Shown in pieces: positions 7,325-11,000 of a stretch of 11,000 nucleotides of DNA; position 1 is the first letter of the stretch; every line of letters begins with the position of its first letter. The notes beneath the pieces are model-generated. The model was not told the origin of the DNA and did no database searches. It saw only the letters and a list, made by a program, of their open reading frames with translations. The DNA is taken from the NCBI GenBank assembly GCA_043228905.1, contig JBHGNT010001201.1:1-11000 (forward strand). The letters run 5' to 3'. The DNA comes from Azolla caroliniana (lineage: Eukaryota > Plantae > Polypodiophyta). Position numbers and translations under genes: made by a program.

Positions 7325-8040
7325 TGACATCGTTTGCCATGAAAGATCTTGGACTGGCAAAGCAGATCTTAGGGATGCACATAGTTCGGGACAGAACTAA
7401 GAAAGTGTTGTGGTTGTCACAAGAGAAATACGTGACGAAGATCCTAGAAAGATTCAACATGTCGAAAGCAAAGCCAGTCTGTTCGGTGTTGCCGACTAAC
7501 CGCAAGTTAAATGCAAAGCAATGCCCGAGAGGGGAGAAAGAAAAGGTTGAGATGAGGAAAGTACCATATGCCTCAGTCGTTGACAGTTTGATGTACGCTA
7601 TGGTTTGCACGAGAGCAGACATAACATTTGTTGTGAGAATAGTAAGCTGATATATGAGTAATCTAGGATGAGAACACTGTGAAATGGATACTCAGGTACT
7701 TAAAAGGCACCTCGGTGCTATGCGTAAGGTATGGTGTCGGAAAACCCATGCTTGAAGGGTTTACCGACTCAGACATGTCGGGGGATGTAGACTCAAGCCG
7801 ATCTACGTCTCAGTGAGTTGGGGATGAAGCAAAGGGATAGCTAGAGTGCCATACATTTAGCCAAGAATGTTGCATACCACTCCCGAATCAAGCACATACA
7901 GATGAGGTATCATTGGGTGCGGGAGAAAGTCAAAGAAGGAGATTTTACCCTCTTAAAGATCCATACTAACGAAAATGGATCCGACATGCTGACAAAGAAC
8001 CTACCGATGGACAGATTCAGAGTCTGTCGACAGAGAACCT
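7325..8040 (+). pseudogene. pol: Copia C pol fragment (RT C-terminus and RNase H) with internal deletions
   Basis: FAMKDLG, LWLSQEKYVTKILERFNM, KWILRYLKGT, EGFTDSDMSGDVDSSRSTS, SAIHLAKN..YHSRIKHI.MRYHWVRE, KIHTNENGSDMLTK. The SW.S..Q..VA.ST.EAEY block is missing after about 7810. Confidence 0.92.
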
Positions 8041-8074
8041 ACCGATCTCCACCCACTGGAGTGAAGGGGGAGTT

Positions 8075-8730
8075 TGTTAGAAATATGTCCCTCCAGTGGG
8101 AGGAGCTGACTGATCGGAGAGGGTAGACAGTCGAGGAGTCAACTCTGAGAGAGTCGAGATGGAGAGTTGATAAGTCGATCGAGGTCGAAGACACGACCGA
8201 CTAGTCGGCCCGATCGGATGGTCGATGACCAAGTTGACTAGTCGGACCGACCCGACAGTTGACAGATGAGTCGGCTGATTAGTAAGACTATTATTAATAT
8301 TAGATAATAATAGGAATGATAGTAGCAGTGGCTACATTTGTAAATAGCCCATACAAGGTATAAGTATAAATACACTTAGGGAAAATATTGAGGTGTTCGT
8401 AGTGAGCATAGTTAGTGATCCTCAGTTGGAGATAGCGATAGAGAAAAGTGTGAACATGAGGAGAGAGAGAGAGAGAGCGGTGCCATAGCTGTATTCTGTA
8501 ACAGCATACACCAAGAGCCCTGCGCAGCTGTTACACTCTATGTAGAGAGTGTTGTACTTTGATCTCGTCATTGTATATCCAATGTATAGTGAAGCTCCGT
8601 TCTCCGTGGTTTTCTCCCGTTTTAGGGTTTCCACGTTAAATCTGTGTACAATATTTTCTGTGTTTCCGAGTTGACAATGTGTGTTTCAACGTATTCCTTT
8701 TCATGTGAATTAACGATTCATTTCTTAACA
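8075..8730 (+). repeat. 3' LTR of copia C (656 bp)
   Basis: TGTTA...TAACA TIR. U3 has GTCG-rich repeats including the palindrome CCGACTAGTCGG (8197-8208). TATAAATA at 8365, (GA)n near 8461-8477, and CCGTGGTTTTCTCCC...GGGTTTCCACGT near 8604-8636. Confidence 0.92.
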
Positions 8731-10248
8731 CTATCTTGCTATGGTGACGGTTTGGGCGTCCAGAATTGTTATGGTTTCGGTCTATCGCGTCAAGTATTCA
8801 AAGATGACTAAAATATATTTGTTTCTTGCCTAGGATTCGGGAAAAGGGCTAACGAGATCTCATCCAATTAACTCAAAGGGTTCAAATACAGTAATGAGCA
8901 TTGTTTAATATGTTGACATGATTGGCATTGTTTCAGATGTAATCAACGATCGTTCTACACATTTGTGGCCAATAAAACCGGAGACGGATTTTTTCCAGAA
9001 TCTTGTGGAATCCAAGGTGGCCGGGCATCGAGTGATTGTGAAAAAATTGCAAATATAAATTCTACAAGTTGTTTGGTATGTAGATTCGTGGCACTTTCCC
9101 AGTTTGTATAAAGTATAATACATTGTTTTGTAGTTGGAAGTGGGTGTATACCTTTTTGCACGATGTCGATTGGATCTCATGAATGATCTGTCATATTTGC
9201 TCATCGGCTTGTTGTAAAGCTGCTATCTATGCCATCGTTATGGGTAGCTGGACTAGTGTAGGATTGAATTGAACCCATTGTGTTTCCACTCTTGACAAAC
9301 AATCGGCGATAAGATTTTGAGCTTCTTTTTTATAATTTAATGTGAACCTAGTATATTCCTGTAATGTCATTGCCCATCTTAATAGATGATCTGGTGGGTG
9401 TGGCTTGTTAATTAGATGAATTAGGGGCTGGTGGCCCGTTTCTACTTTGATATGGGTGCCATGCAGATAAGGATGGAACTTTGTGAAAGCCAATACAATT
9501 GCTAACCATTTCTTTTTTGTTGTGGAGTAATTCTTTTTTGCAAGTGTACTGGATCAGCTTGTATAGGCAATCAGTCGATCTGCTCCTGTTGTATCTACTT
9601 GTAGTAGTACAACTCCCAACCCATGATTAGATGCGCTTGTCGGCAAAAGGAAGGTGCATGAGAAATTTTGGTGAGCCAGCTGACCTGCTTGGTGTACTGT
9701 GTCTTTCAATTGGATGTTGTGCTCACATTCTTTTGTCCATTCAAAGTTTGAGCCTTTTCGTAATAGGTGTCATAGGGGTGTTTTCATAGCGACCATGTTG
9801 GGGATGAATTGGAGTGAAAAAGTCACCATGCCTAAGAAATGTTGCAAGGACTGGATTGTGGCTTGTCAGGGGAAATTGGTCACGACCTCGGTTTTCTTTG
9901 GGTCCATCTGTAGGCCTTTTGCAGAAATGATGTCGCCTAAAAACTTGAGTTGTGTGCTACCCCATCTGCATTTCTTCCACTATAATTTGAGATTGTGTTG
10001 TTGTATTCGTTGTAGAACTGCTTGTAGTGCCTGAATGTGTTGTGGCCATGTGGGAGTATAAATTAAAATGCCATCCAGGTATATGAGCATTGTACTGTCA
10101 TAGATAAGGTCTATGAATATTGAATTTTCCATCCGCTGGAATGTGTTGCTTGCATAAGATAAGCTAAATGGCATCTTGTTAAAATTGGAATAGGCCTCTT
10201 CATGTTTTGAAATTTGTCTTATGCGCGTCTTTTGGGTCCATTGGAATC
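8731..10248 (-). pseudogene. pol: Ty3/gypsy element D pol fragment (RT-RNase H-integrase), heavily decayed and cut at both ends by copia LTRs
   Basis: Minus-strand peptides in RT-RH-INT order: IPMDPKDAHKT.F, MPFSL....TFQR, IYLDGILIY (YxDD altered), NYSTT....LAIV.AFTKFHPYLHG, T.HQPL, LLRWAMTLQEY, NLIADCLSR, H....GHLG, FYWPQM, KYILVIFEYLTR. Confidence 0.93.
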
Positions 10249-10649
10249 TGTTGAGAGACAAGCTCAACATTAGTGCGTAATACGATGTGTAACCCAGTGC
10301 GTAAAGTGGGTGCGTAAATCGGTATGCATAACATGGCCGTATCGGTGTGAAAACCGCGAGGCCGTTGGGAAGATATTCCTCGTAAGGAATAATTTTGGGA
10401 GTTAGTGTAGTAGGCTCATTTATGAGCGATCAAGTACTGTCAGTACTTGTGTCAGCCCTATTGTTAGGGCTTGTATAAAAGGTGCTCACTGAGCACGGTG
10501 TATGTATAGATTGAGTATTATTTTGAATTGAGTTTCTGTGTGTACTCTCTCTCTGTCTCTCCCGCGTACTATGTATATTCAAGCTCTCCATTAAACCTGC
10601 GTATTTTCTGTGTTTGGTTTTCTATTGCTTCCGCACACTATTCTTTTCA
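10249..10649 (+). repeat. 5' LTR of element E (401 bp)
   Basis: TG...CA ends, TATAAAA at 10474-10480, and a PBS directly downstream. Confidence 0.92.
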
Positions 10650-10661
10650 TGGTATCAGAGC
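10650..10661 (+). promoter_or_regulatory. Primer-binding site for initiator tRNA-Met
   Basis: TGGTATCAGAGC, the canonical plant tRNAi-Met PBS, directly follows the LTR-terminal CA. Confidence 0.95.
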
Positions 10662-10743
10662 GTGAGGGTTGAGAACCTCTCCAGCTGACATAGCTTGAAA
10701 GGAAAACCAACCAAGAAGACCATGTAAAATCGATGGATAGAAG

Positions 10744-11000
10744 CGGTATGCATAACATGGCCGTATCGGTGTGAAAACCGCGAGGCCGTTGGGAAGATAT
10801 TCCTCGTAAGGAATAATTTTGGGAGTTAGTGTAGTAGGCTCATTTATGAGCGATCAAGTACTGTCAGTACTTGTGTCAGCCCTATTGTTAGGGCTTGTAT
10901 AAAAGGTGCTCACTGAGCACAGTGTATGTATAGATTGAGTATTATTTTGAATTGAGTTTCTGTGTGTACTCTCTCTCTGTCTCTCCCGCGTACTATGTAT
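10744..11000 (+). repeat. Second copy of LTR E lacking the first 71 bp
   Basis: 256/257 identity with 10320-10576 (offset 424). No PPT or TG start precedes it. Confidence 0.95.

Larger units (their letters stand above)
7325..8730 (+). mobile_element. Ty1/copia element C (Tnt1/Tork-like), 3' portion: RT end, RNase H, PPT and 3' LTR
   Basis: Tnt1-type peptides (SFAMKDLG.AKQILGM.IVRDR; VPYAS.V.SLMYAMVCTR.DI), PPT GAAGGGGGAG (8063-8072), and an LTR with TGTTA...TAACA ends. Confidence 0.92.
10249..11000 (+). mobile_element. Young copia-type LTR element E: LTR, PBS, 82 bp of internal sequence, then a 5'-truncated second LTR running off the window
   Basis: It interrupts the gypsy D RT (expected left TSD GAATC, 10244-10248). 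10744-11000 matches 10320-10576 with one mismatch (G10497/A10921). The copia assignment rests on the LTR start shared with element A. Confidence 0.85.

Noticed and set aside
10249-11000. Bona fide TRIM
   Set aside because: There is no PPT and the second LTR lacks its 5' terminus, so the structure is better explained by deletion or duplication.

Overview
This window is a gene-free, deeply nested LTR-retrotransposon cluster, most likely from a land plant genome. The species cannot be determined from the sequence. No intact protein-coding gene is present. From left to right: (1) a decayed Ty1/copia element A (integrase-RT-RNase H, PPT, 3' LTR 4232-4620), whose RT is interrupted by two solo LTRs (1341-1973 and 2801-3520); (2) the 3' end of a probable Ty3/gypsy element B, with a degenerate antisense ORF, an 11-copy hairpin tandem array, a PPT and an LTR (5903-6357) carrying heat-shock-element-like motifs; (3) a 110-135 bp tandem array (6358-7200) in a segment that may end as an LTR at 7324; (4) the 3' part of a Tnt1/Tork-like copia element C (RT-RNase H, PPT, LTR 8075-8730); (5) a decayed minus-strand gypsy pol D (8731-10248); (6) a young copia-type element E with the layout LTR-PBS-82 bp-truncated LTR. 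The most notable non-coding signals are inverted repeats that enclose the PPT/LTR junction in two different copia families, a tRNA-Lys-like A/B-box module inside a solo LTR, and dense hairpin arrays in U3 and 3' UTR regions. All structure and family calls were made by eye, without searches or folding software.
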